Source of the DNA: the human T2T-CHM13v2.0 reference genome, Homo sapiens
Assembly: GCF_009914755.1 (NCBI RefSeq)
Contig: NC_060934.1
Strand: one strand, 5' to 3'
DNA length: 64,000 nucleotides
This document shows, one piece after another, positions 1-11,449 of this stretch. The first letter of the stretch is position 1, and every line of letters starts with the position of its first letter. Position numbers and translations under genes: made by a program. The notes below the pieces were generated by a model. It saw only the letters and a list, made by a program, of their open reading frames with translations, searched no databases and was not told the DNA's origin.

Positions 1-267
1 AAAAAATTAGTTTTTGGTTTGTTTTTCGAGTATTTCTTTTTGCCAATATAAGGAGATACATTTATATGTGTGTTTCTATGATTTCTTACCCAAAAGGGCT
101 ACATTGTATTTCCCATCATGCCCCTAGTTCTTTTCCCTGCAACAGTGTCTCTTCCAGAGTTTCAGGTCAGAATTTGGAGCGAAGAGCTTGTTGTATTCTC
201 TTGTCTGTTGCCCTGGCTACCACTCCAACACAGCGCCCTCATGGGGAACCCGTTTCCCATTTGGTAA

Positions 268-1064
268 TGGGCCAGAATTGGTTCCTCCCGGTGGGATCTT
301 GGTATGGCTGACTTCAAGAATGAAGGCCCCAACCCTCGCAGTGATTGTTACAGTTCTTAAAGATGGTGTATCCTGACTCTGTTCCTTCTGTTCAGATGTG
401 TGCTGAGTTTCTCCCTTCTGGACCCTCCTAGGGAGTGTTAGTTCTTAAAAATGGTGTGTCCAGAGTTTGTTCCTTCTGATGTTCAGATATGTCCACAGTT
501 TCTTCCTTCTGGTGGGATCGTGGTCTTGCTGACTTCAGGAGTTAAGCCACAGACCTTCGCAGTGAGTGTTACAGCTCTTAAAGGTGGCCCCTCTGGAGTT
601 GTTTGTTCCTCCCGGTGGGTTTCTGGTCTCGCTGACTTCGTGAGTGAAGCTGCAGACCTTCGCAATCAGCCTTACAGCTCATAAAGGTAGTGCAGACCCA
701 AAAAGTAAGCAGTAGCAAGATTTAGTGCGAAGAGCAAAAGAACAAAGCTTTCACAAACTGGAAGGTGACTCTAGCGAATTGCCAGTGCTGGCCCAGGTGG
801 CCTGCTTTTATTCCCTTATTTAGCCCCATGCACAGCCTGCTGATTGGTCCATTTTACAGAGAGCTGATTGGTCCATTTTACAGAGAGCTGATTGGTCCAT
901 TTTACAGAGTGCCGATTGGTCTGTTTTTACAGAGTGCTGAGTGGTGCGTTTACAAACCTTTAGCTAGACACAGTGCTGATTGGTGTGTTTACAATCCTTT
1001 AGCTAGACAGAAAAGTTCTCCAAGTCCCCACCTGACCCAGAAGCCCAGCCGGATTCACCTCTCA
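268..1064 (-). mobile_element. Solo LTR12-family (ERV9/HERV9) LTR
   Basis: Minus strand begins TGAGAGGTGAATCCGGCTGGGCTTCTGGGTC, typical of LTR12. It has tandem CCAAT-containing U3 repeats, the GGGAATAAAAGC TATA-like box, and U5 repeats (GACTTCAGGAGTTAAGCC..CAGTGAGTGTTACAGCTC). 4-bp TSD GTAA at 264-267 and 1065-1068. Confidence 0.93.
803..985 (-). promoter_or_regulatory. LTR12 U3 promoter: CCAAT (NF-Y) box array plus AATAAAA TATA-like element
   Basis: 24-bp unit GCTGATTGGTCCATTTTACAGAGA about x3 from 839. ATTGG at 843, 867, 891, 915 and 979. CTTTTATTCCC near 805-815. Activity not shown. Confidence 0.7.
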
Positions 1065-1167
1065 GTAAGATGCTGGTTTTAGGGTGGAGTTGTTTATCTA
1101 AGAAATCATGTCAGGGAAGTATCCAACAATTCTTTCTTAACTGAATATTTTTAAATACCAGCAATGG

Positions 1168-1718
1168 GTGTCAGATTTAGTTAAGTGGAGGCAGAAACCA
1201 TGCCTATTTTTAAATGAAAATAATTTAACATAAAGAACTGTTCACTAAATGACAAGAAGGGACTGCTAAGACATCTGAGAGGTTGTGGGTGGGGGACAAA
1301 GGGGAGAGGAGGGGCCACATGGAACTCAGCCCTCTGCAAATCCCCCCACTCCCTGAGCTCAGGCTGGGTCCTGAGGCCTGACGGGCTCCTGGAGCCAGAC
1401 CCAGACGTCTGATGGAGGCAGCGGCTGGCTGGAGGAGCAAGTGCAAACAGCAAACTGGACTCAAGTGCTGCTCCTGGAACACACCACCACATTTGAGGTG
1501 AAGAAGTGAGGATGGGATGATACTGGCTGAAGAGGGAGCAAACAGGAAGAGTGATGCCCCCAGCCTGGCCGCCTCCCTTCTGCCCGTCTACTGCAGGGCC
1601 TAGCAGGCACAGCCAGCGGAGCTGGGATGCGGTTTGCAGGGTACCAGCCCCAGCATTGCAGAGCGAAGTGAGGAGCGCAGGCTGGAAGCTCAGGGACGAC
1701 AGCCTGATAACTGGCACA
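1168..1718 (-). mobile_element. LTR33-like ERVL LTR
   Basis: Plus strand ends GAAGCTCAGGGACGACAGCCTGATAACTGGCACA, the reverse complement of the LTR33 start TGTGCCAGTTAT... The other end has CAGAAACCA..AATTTAACATAAAGAACTG. Confidence 0.7.
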
Positions 1719-1719
1719 G

Positions 1720-4700
1720 CACGTGTGAAACAACATGACTTTTCTTCTTGAAGATATAGATACCATGAGTCAAACACTAATGTGATTAGGCTTTCGAAAA
1801 TCGCTTTCTTTTCTGGAACGAATCCCACCTGGTCATGACAATTGTTTTGTACATATACTGTTTGCTCACACTTTTAAGATTTTTATGTCAGTATTTATAA
1901 GTGAATTTGGTTTATAATTTTCTTTTTAGGGCAATATTTAGTTAGATATTGATATCAATGTTAGGTTTGTTTTGTAAAAAAGAATTTGGAAGTTGTAATT
2001 CTTTCCCTTGTGAAACCATCAGGGCCGGGTGTATTATTTGGTGAGAAGTCTTGCAATTTTCGCCATAGCTTCTATAGTAATTGAGCTCTTCAGATTTTTT
2101 ATCTCTAAAGATTCAAACTTGATACATTATATTTTCCTAAATATTATTTATTTCATTTAGGTTGTCAAATTTATTTACATTAAGTTAGCAAAGTATTATC
2201 TTAAAATATTAAAAAGTCCTCTATTTCAATGTTTTCCCACTTTGTCTCATTCTATTTGTATAATTCTGCTTTTTTTTTTTTTTGCTAGTGTTTTCTGTTC
2301 TTTGTGGATTTTTTTCCAAAGCAATAGCTTTTTGATCATTTATCAGTTTTACTGTTTTTTAGTTTTCTAACTCAGTGTCTACTCTTTATTCTGATTTATT
2401 CTGTTTTTTTTTAACATTAGTTTCTTTCCTTTTTTTGATATAGATATTTAATACTATGATTTTTTTCTCTGAGCACAGCTGACCTATGTTCTAGAGTCTT
2501 CAGTATGTGGGTGGAGAGTTCTCTTTTAGTATGCCATAATTTCTGATTGGCAAACTTGTGTTATCAGATACACAAATATTAATAAGTTATATCTTCATTG
2601 TAAATTATAGCCTTTAGCATTAAAAAGTGTTTTTGTTTTGCTTACTGCTTTTTGACTAGAATTCTACTGTGATATCAAGATTTGACTAGTATGAATTTTC
2701 TCATCTTTTAATTTTTACCTTTTCTTAATCTTTTTTGCTCACTTCTATATAGTATAGAATTGGATTTTGCTTCATTAGTTAGTTTGATAAATCTTTTCTT
2801 TTAATACATGATCTAAGCCTATTTCTATTTATTGATAGGAATGGCATGTTCTCAGTTTGACCAGGTCACGTTTTACTTGCTTTTATTGGGCACTGACTTT
2901 GGTATCCAGGAGGATTTGTGTGTGCATGTGTGTGTGTTGTAGTGATTACTTCTGTACTAATGATTTATATAAGGACTTAGTTATCTTTTTCTCTAGATAT
3001 TCTCTGTTGGGTTCCTACTTTGAGAAATATGGAAATTACTATAGACACCATTTCTCCTCCCTCTTCCTAAGCTTTGAATTTTAGATACCAGTTTTATTTT
3101 ATTGATAATCTTTGTGGTCTTCAATATACTCAAGCTTCTTTTACTTGACTTGTCAGAAAGTGACATCCTTTCACTCCCAGCTAATACCAAGAGGCAATCA
3201 ATAAACTTCTACCTTCCAGTTTCATCATCCTACTCCTCATCTATCCTTTGGTGAAGTGTGTCTTCAAATATTTTGCTCTTTTGTTCTTTATTGAGCTGTT
3301 TGCTTTCTTAATTTTTAAGTTTTAAGGGTTTTAAACTCCTTCAAAAAACTGATTTGCAAATATTTTCTCCCAGTCTGACATCTAAGTTTTCATTCTTTTA
3401 ATAGTGCCTTTTAAAAAGCAGACGTTCTTAATTTTGATTATGTCAAATTTATAAAATTTTTCCCTTGTGGATCATGGTAAGCACTCTTTGTCTAACCAAA
3501 GGTCATAGAGATTTCCTCCTATGTTTTCTTCTAGAAGTTTTATAGTTTCAGGCTTTAGAATTAGGTCTACGATCCATTTTGAGTTAACTTTTGCACATGG
3601 TGCATGGAATGGGTCAAAGCTATTATGTTATTATTGTTTTGCACATGATGACCCAATTGCTTCAATCCCATTTGCAGAAATAGCTATTTTTATTCTTTGC
3701 ATAGTCTGTGCACGTTGGTTGCAAATCAGCTGTCCATATATAAGTAGGCCAATTTCTGGTCTCTCTATTCTGTTACACTGATCTATTTGTGTATCTTTAT
3801 ACCAATACCACATTGTCTCAATTATTATAACTTTATGACAAATTATGAATTAGGTCATTTGTTTTCAAAGTTGTTTTGGCTAGTTTATGTCCTTTACATT
3901 TCCGTGTGAATTTTTAATTACCTTTTCATTTTTTCCAGTAAAGCTGACTAGGAGTTTATTTGGATAGTGTGCTGTTTCTAGAACAGACATCTTCATAATA
4001 TTGAGTCTTCTGACCCATGAACACATATATCCCTTCATGCATTTACATCTTCTTCAGTCTCCTTCAGCAATACCTTGTAGTTTTAAGTGTACAAGTCTTA
4101 TAACTAAGAATTTCATAATTTCATGCTATTGTTAATGGTTTTGTTTTTAAATTTCAAGTTCTTTTTTTATTGTAAGTACATATAAATATAATTGGTTTTC
4201 GTATATTCATGTTACATTCTGCAACCCTGATACACTCTCTTATTATTTCTAGTATTTTTTTTGTAGATCCTTAGGAATTTCTGGATTTACGATCATGTTT
4301 TTGGTGAATAAAGAGAGCTTTTATTCTTCCCTTAAAATCGGGGTGCCTTTCTTGCGCCCCCCTTTTCTTGCCTTAATACACTGGCTAGATTCTCCTATAC
4401 AATGTTGAATAGAAGCCATAAGAGTAGACTCCTTGGCTCATTCCCAATCTTGGGGGGCAGAAAGGGCAATGAAAAAGCATTTAGTCCTTCAAATAAGTAT
4501 AATATTGGCTGTAGAATTTTTTTAATGGATGCCCTTGATCAGGTTGTGGAAGTTCCCTTCTGTTCCTAGTTTGCCGAGAGTTTTTAATCAGAAGTGGAAG
4601 TTGAATTTTGTCAAAAATTTTTTTTCTATCTATTAAATGATCATAGAGATTTAAAATAATTTGTTAACATAGTGAATTACTTTGATGTATTTTTGAATGT

Positions 4701-5720
4701 TAAATTAGCTTTGAATTCCTGGGATAATCCCCACTGGGTCATAATATATTGTTCTTTGTATTTATTGCTGGCTTCAATTTTCTATGCTTTAAAAAGAAGT
4801 TTGCATCTATACCCAGGAGGGATATTAAATTGTACTTTTATTGTAATGCCTAACTTATTTTGGAATAAGAGTAATATTGGCCTCATTCAATGACTGGGAA
4901 GTATTTTCTCTTATTTAATTATCTGGAAAAATTTCTGTAGACTTGGTATTAGTTCCTCTTTAAACATTTGATAGAATTTACCAGGGATAGAATTAGCCAG
5001 CCATCTGGATCTGGAGTTCAATCTGTGGGAAGGTTTTAAACTAAGACTTCAACTTTTTTCTAGATATAATGGCTTTTTTTCCCCCAGTTATTTCTTGAAT
5101 TAGTTGTGGTGATATGCATCTTTTAAGGAAATTGTCAATTTCAATGAAGTTTGCAAATTTATTGGCATAAAATTTCTCATAATAATCCCTTTTTTCATCA
5201 ACAACTGTAAAGCAAGTAATGATGCCACCTCCTTCATTCCTTATATTGGGAATTTTTCATCTTCTTTTTTTTTTCTCCAGAAGTCTGTCTGGCCATTTAT
5301 AAATTTTATTTCTTTTTAAAAATAACCTAACTTTTGGTTTCATTGCATTTTCTTCATTTTTTTGTTTTCTACTTCATCAGTTTTTTTGTTCTCATCTTTA
5401 TTTCCTTGATTTTGCTTACTTTGGGTTTAATTTGCTCTTATTTTTCAAATTTCTAAAGATGAAACTGAGATAATTTATTCCGAGTCTTTCTTCTTTTCTA
5501 ACACAGGCATTTATTGCTATAAATCATAAACTGCTTTAGTGACAGTTTATAATATATTATGTGATATATTATGTTTTCATTTTTATTCAGATTAAAATAC
5601 TTTTTTCTGACTCATTGCTTATTTAGAAAGTGAATTATTTGATTTCTAAGTATTTGAGAATTTTAAAGAGACATTTCTGTTGTTGATTTTAATTTCATTC
5701 CATTATGGTTACATGGCATA
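1720..5720 (-). mobile_element. Old L1M (L1MB/MC/ME-type) fragments, antisense ORF2
   Basis: T-rich antisense L1 motifs. ORF 3631-3813(-) WYWYKDTQIDQCNRIERPEI matches the L1 ORF2 [19 protein letters not shown] motif. Confidence 0.8.
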
Positions 5721-5721
5721 T

Positions 5722-6188
5722 ATTTTTCTCTTTTTTAATTTTTAAAACTTCAGTAGCTTTAGGGGTAAAAGTGGTTTTTGGTTACATGGGTGAATTATGT
5801 ACTGGTGGAGTCTGGGCTTTTAGTATACCCATCATCAGAATAGTGTACATTATATCCAGCAGGTATTTTTTCATTCCTCACTCACTTCCCACCCTCTCCC
5901 CTTCCATTATACCACTCTGCATGCCTTTGCATACCTCATAGCTGAGAGCCCACTTACAAATGAGAAAATGTGGTATTTGGTTTTCTGTTCCTGAGTTACT
6001 TCACTTAGGACAGTGGCCTCCAGTTCCATGCAAGTTGCTGCAAAAGCCATTATTTCATTCTTTTTTTATGGCTGAGAAGTATTCTATGGTATGTGTATAC
6101 TACATTTTCTTTATCCACTCATCAGTTGGTGGGCCTTAGGTTGATCTTTGCAATTGGGAATTGTGCTGCCAATAAACATGGGTGCAGG
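5722..6188 (-). mobile_element. L1PB-type (L1PB3-like) 3' end, left part
   Basis: GTGGTTTTTGGTTACATGG..CCCACTTACAAATGAGAA..GAGTTACTTCACTTAG matches the antisense L1PB 3'UTR. Interrupted at ~6188 by a younger sense L1. Confidence 0.8.
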
Positions 6189-8150
6189 AAGTTCTAGCCA
6201 GAGCAAGCAGACAAGAGAAAGAAAGAAAAGGCATTCAAATAAGAAGAGAAGATATCAAGCTACCTCTCTTCACTGAGAATATGATTCTATACCTAGAAAA
6301 CCCTAAAGACTCTGCCAAGAGGCTGCTAGAACTGATAAACAATTATGGTAAGATTTCAGGATACAAAATCAATGTAAAATATCAGTAGCATTTCTATATA
6401 CCAATAATGTCCAGGCTGAGAGTCAAATCAAGAACACAATCCTATTTACAACAGCCACAAAGAAAATGAAATACCAGGAATACAGCTAGACAAGGAGGTG
6501 AAAGATCTCTGCAAGGAGGACTACAAAACACTGCTGAGAGAAATCAGAGTGATGACACAAATAAATGGAAAAACATTCCATGCTCATGAATAGGAAGAAT
6601 CAATATTGTTAAAATAGTCATACAGCCCAAGGCAATTTACAGATTCGATGCTATTCCTATGAAACTACCCAATGTCATTCTCCACAGAATTAGCAAACAA
6701 TTCTAAAATTCATATGAAATAAAAAAAGAGCCCAAATTGCCAAAGCAATCCTAAGGCAAAAAGAGCAAAGCCAGAGGCATCGCACTACCTGACTTCAAAC
6801 TACAATATAAGGGCACAGTAACCAAAACAGCATAGTTCTGGTACAAACAGACACATAGACCAATGGAACAGAACAGAAAACTCAGAAATAAAGCCATAAC
6901 TTATAACTATCTGATCTTTGGCAAGGCTGACAAAAACCAGTGGGGAAACAACTCTCTGTTCAATAAATGGTGCTGGGATAACTGGCTAGCCATATGCAGA
7001 ACAATGAGACTGGACCCTGATCTTTCATCATATTAAAAAAAACCTGAAGATAGATTAAAGATTTAAATGTAAGAACTCAAACTGTAGAAATTCTAGAAGA
7101 AAACCTAGGAAATACTCTTCTTGACATTGGCCTTGGCAAATAATTTTTGGCTAAGTCCCTAAAAACAACTGAAACAAAAAAATTGGTAAGTGGGACCTAA
7201 TTAAACTAAAGAGCTTCTGTACCATAAAGTAAACTTTCAACAGAATAAAAAGCCTACAGAATGGGAAAAAATATTTGCAAACTATGCATCTGACAAAGGT
7301 TCAATATCTAGAATCTATAAGGGACTCAAACAGATCAACAAGCCAAAAACATAAGCCCATTAAAAACGGGCAAAGGACATTAAACAGACACTTCTCAGGG
7401 AAGACAAGTGGACAAGAAACATATGAAAAAATGGTCATCATCACTAATCATCAGAGAAATGCAATCGAAACCACAATAAGGTACCATCTCATACCAGTCA
7501 GAATGGCTGTTAGCAAGGCCATGGAGAAAAGGGAACACTTATACACTGTTGGTGGGAATGTATAATAAGTTAGTTCAGCCACTGTGGAAAGCAGTTTGGA
7601 GATTTCTCAAAGAACTTAAAACAGAGCTACCATTTGACCCAGCAATCCCATTACTGGGTATATACCCAAATAAAAATAAAACATTATACCAAATAGACAT
7701 ATGCACTTGTATGTTCATCACCATGGTATTCATGATGGCAGAGACATAGAATCAACTTAGGTGCCCATCAGTGGTGGATTGGATAAAGAAAATGTGGTAT
7801 GTATACACCATGGAACACTACAAAGTCATAAAAAGAATGAAATCATGTCCTTTGCATTAACATGGATGGAGGTGAAAGTCATTATCCTAAGCATATTAAT
7901 GCATGAACAGAAAACTAAATACTGCATGTTCTCACTTATAAGTTAGAGTTAAATATTGAGCACACATGGACACAAACATGAGAAAAATAGATACTGTGGA
8001 CTACTAGAGGGAGGAAGGAGGGAGGAGGACATAGGTTGAAAAGCTACCTACTGGGCACTATCCTCAATACCTGGGTGTGATATGCCCATGTAACAAACCT
8101 GCACATGTACCCCCATATCTGAAATAGAAGTTGAAAAAAAAAAAGAAATA
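6189..8150 (+). mobile_element. 5'-truncated L1 (L1PA16/17-like): ORF2 RT/C-terminal part, 3'UTR and poly(A)
   Basis: ORF 6182-6388 [37 protein letters not shown] is the decayed FADD region. ORF 7549-7749 VQPLWKAVWRFLKELKTELPFDPAIPLLGIYP. 3' end AAACCTGCACATGTACCCC followed by an A-tail at 8134-8148. Confidence 0.92.
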
Positions 8151-8253
8151 ATGCTCTATGGTAATCTACTGATTAATTACCTTGTTAATAAATATGTAAA
8201 GCTCAGCACTTCCCCCAACCCAAACCAAAACCAAATAAGAAAACAAACAAAAA

Positions 8254-8582
8254 AAACCTATGTATGCAGGTGTGTGTGTTTTCTATAATTACTTCTTTTC
8301 CTTTGGTAGGCCTACTTTTAGTTCTTTGAGAAATCTCCATACTGTTTTCCATAGAGGTTGCACTAATTTAACATTCCCACCAGCAGTGTATAAACATTAC
8401 CCTTTCACAACATTGTGCCTATATCTGTTGCTTTCTGACTTTTTAATCATGGCCATTCTGGCTGGGGTGAAGTGGGATCTCATTGTGGTTTTAATTTGCA
8501 TTTCCCTGATGATTAGTGTTGTTGAGCATTTTTTTCCTATGTTTATTGGCCATTTATATATCTCCTTTTGAGAAATGTCTGT
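8254..8582 (-). mobile_element. L1PB-type element, right part (resumes after the sense L1 insertion)
   Basis: TGCAGGTGT..CTACTTTTAGTTCTTTGAGAAATCTCCATACTG..TTTTGAGAAATGTCT continues the sequence broken at 6188. Confidence 0.8.
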
Positions 8583-8599
8583 TTATATAATTTTAAATT

Positions 8600-9340
8600 T
8601 CATACAGCTTGAATCCTTTTGGTTTTATTAACACTTATTTTATAGCCCAGAATATGGTCTTTCTTGGTGAATATTCTATGTGCACCTGAAAAAATGTGTA
8701 TTCTGCTGTTTTGGGTGAACTATTAATGTCAATCATGTCATGTTAGTTGATAGTTTTATTTAGGTCTTCTAAAATTCTTCCTGCTTTTCTCTCTCTTTGT
8801 TTTATTAATTGTAGAGTGAAGGGTATTAAAATATTTTATCATAGTGGCTTCATGTATTTTGAAACTCTGTTATTAGGTGCATAAATGTTTACAATTGCTA
8901 CGTCCTCTTGATGAATTCACCCTTTTATCAATATGAAAAGACCATTATTATCCCTGATAATATTCTTTGCACTGAAATCTACTTTGTCTGATATTACTAT
9001 AGTCAGTCCAATTTTCTTTAGATTAGTGCTAGCATGGTCTATGTTTTCCATTCTTTTTCTCTTATTGTTTTTGTGACTATTTTTGTTAGTATCTCTGTGT
9101 ATTTTTAAACTGTTACTAAATGCCTACAAATTGAGGATGTATATATTATCTTAATGAATTGATCCATTTAACACTTTGAAATGGTATTTTTTATCTTTAG
9201 TAACACACTTTGCTCTGAAATCCACCTTGTCTGATATTAATATGGCCTCTTTAGCTTTCTTTGTATCAGTGTTAGCATGGTATATTTTTTCCCCTCATTT
9301 TTAATCTATTTGTGTCTTTATGTAAAATGCATTTTTGATT
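8600..9340 (-). mobile_element. Old L1M antisense (endonuclease region)
   Basis: CCCAGAATATGGTCTTTCTTGGTGAATATTC and TGAAATCTACTTTGTCTGATATTA motifs continue the host L1 from ~5715. Confidence 0.7.
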
Positions 9341-9344
9341 ATAT

Positions 9345-11440
9345 ATGTATTTTGAAAATTGATTATTTATTGCATGTACTTAAGATATACAACATGATGT
9401 TTTGATATACATATACATACTGAAATGACAACAGGTAAACAAATTAATATATCTATAATTTTCCACAGTAATCTCTGTTTTTGTGGTAAGAGCACCTAAA
9501 ATCTACTTTGCCAGCAAATTTTCAATATATAATACAATATTATTAACTATAGTCCTCTTGCTGTACATTAGTTCTTTAGACTTACTCATCTTACCTAACT
9601 GCAAATTTGTACCTTTGACCTACGTCTCCCCATTCCTTCCCCATCCTACCCTGAAAACCACTATTCTACTCTCTGTAGAAAGAGTAAAATTTTTTGGATT
9701 GCACATGTAAGTGAGATCATGCACTGTTTTTATTTTTGTGTCTGGTTTTCTTCACTTAACATGATGTCTTCTAGGTTCATCCATGTTATTGTAAATGGCA
9801 GTATATCCTTTTTAAAGGTTGAATAGTATTTCATTATGTAAGTATACCACAGTTTCTTCATTCATTCATCCATTGATGGACAGTTACATTGTTTTAATAT
9901 CTTGGCTATTGTAAATAATGCCACAAGGAATATGGGACACAGATATCTTTATGAAGTGCTGATTTCATTTCCTTTGTGTATACACTCAGCAGAGGGATTG
10001 CTGGGTCATGTGGTAGTCCTATATTTAATATTTCAAAGAACCTCTGTACCATTTTCCATAATGGCCATACCAATTTACATTTGCACCAACAGCATACAAG
10101 AGATCCCTTTTCTGCACACCCATGCCAGCGCTTGTTATCTCTTGTTATTTATTTATTTATTAAATAATAGTCATTCTAACAGGTGTAAAGTGATATCTCA
10201 TCATGGTTTTGATTTGCATTTCCCTGATGGTTAGTGATGTTGAGCACCTTTTCAGATACCTGTTGACCATTTTTATGTCTTACTTGGAAAAATATCTGTT
10301 CAGGTCATTGCCAATTTATTGATTGGGTTGTTTTTACTTTTTAGTTTGCTATTGAGTTGCATGAGTTCCCTGTATATTTTGGATATTAACCCATTATCAG
10401 ATATATGGCTTGAAAATATTTTCTCCCAATCCATTGGCTACCTTTTCATCTTGTTAGTTTTTTTTTTGCTGTACAGAAGCTGTTAGTTTGGTGTAGTTTC
10501 ATTTTTTATTTTTGCATCACTGCCAGAACTTTTTGTGTGATATTCAAAAAATCATTGCCAAAACCAATAACAAGGAGTTTTCCCTCTATATTTTCTTCTA
10601 GGAGTTTTATTGTTTCAGGTCTTATGTTTAAGTCTTTAATCCATTTTGAGTTAATTTTTGTGTATGATGTAAGTATCCAATTTTATTCTTTTGTATGTAA
10701 ACCATATGTTTATTGGCCATTTATATATCTCCTTTTGAGAAATGTCTGTTTATATAATTTTAAATTTATATTTTCCCAATACCATTAATGAAAAGACTAT
10801 CTTTCTCCCCATTGTGCCTTCTTGATGTGCTTGTCAAAAATTATTTGACTATATTTGCTTGGTTTTATTTCTGAGCTCTCTATTCTGTTCCACTGGTCTA
10901 TTTGCCTGTTTTTTTTTTTTTTTTTTGTTTTGCTTTTGGTCAGTAACATACTCTTTTGATTATTATAGCTTGGTACTATAATTTGAAATCCAAAAGTGTG
11001 ATGTCTCCAACTTTGTTACTCTTTCTTAAGGCTGTCTTGGCTATTTGGTATCTCTTGTGGTTCCATATATATTTTAGAATTGCTTTTTTTATTTACTTAG
11101 AAATGCCATTGGGATTTTGATAGAGATTGCATTGAATCTGTATATTACTTTGAGTAGTATGGGGATTTTAACAATATTCATTACTCCAGTCCATAAACAT
11201 CAGATATCTTTCCATTTGTTTGTGTCTTCTTTAATTTCTTTTCCCAATGTTTTTATACTTTTCAGTGTACAGGTCTTTCACTAACTTGGTTAAATATATT
11301 CCTAAGTATTTTATTCCTCTTGATGCTATCATAAGTGGGATTGTTTTCTTGACACTTTTTTCAGATAGACTGTTATTGGTGTAAAGAAGTGCAACTAATT
11401 TTTTATGTTAATTTTGAGTCCCACAACTTTATTAAGTGCA
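9345..11440 (-). mobile_element. L1MA (L1MA8-like), 5'-truncated
   Basis: ATACAACATGATGTTTTGATATACATATACATA..GTGGTAAGAGCACCTAAAATCTAC is an L1MA 3'UTR signature, followed by antisense ORF2. Confidence 0.82.
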
Positions 11441-11449
11441 TTTTTTGGG

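Noticed and set aside
839-935. 24-bp direct repeats resembling a CRISPR array
   Set aside because: Head-to-tail with no spacers; these are the normal CCAAT repeats of LTR12 U3 in eukaryotic DNA.
1181-1828. 215-aa minus-strand ORF
   Set aside because: Lies almost entirely in an LTR33-like element, has a non-ATG start and shows no recognisable domain.
6182-7946. ORFs with reverse-transcriptase/ORF2 similarity
   Set aside because: Broken fragments of a truncated L1; the catalytic FADD motif has decayed to FTEN.
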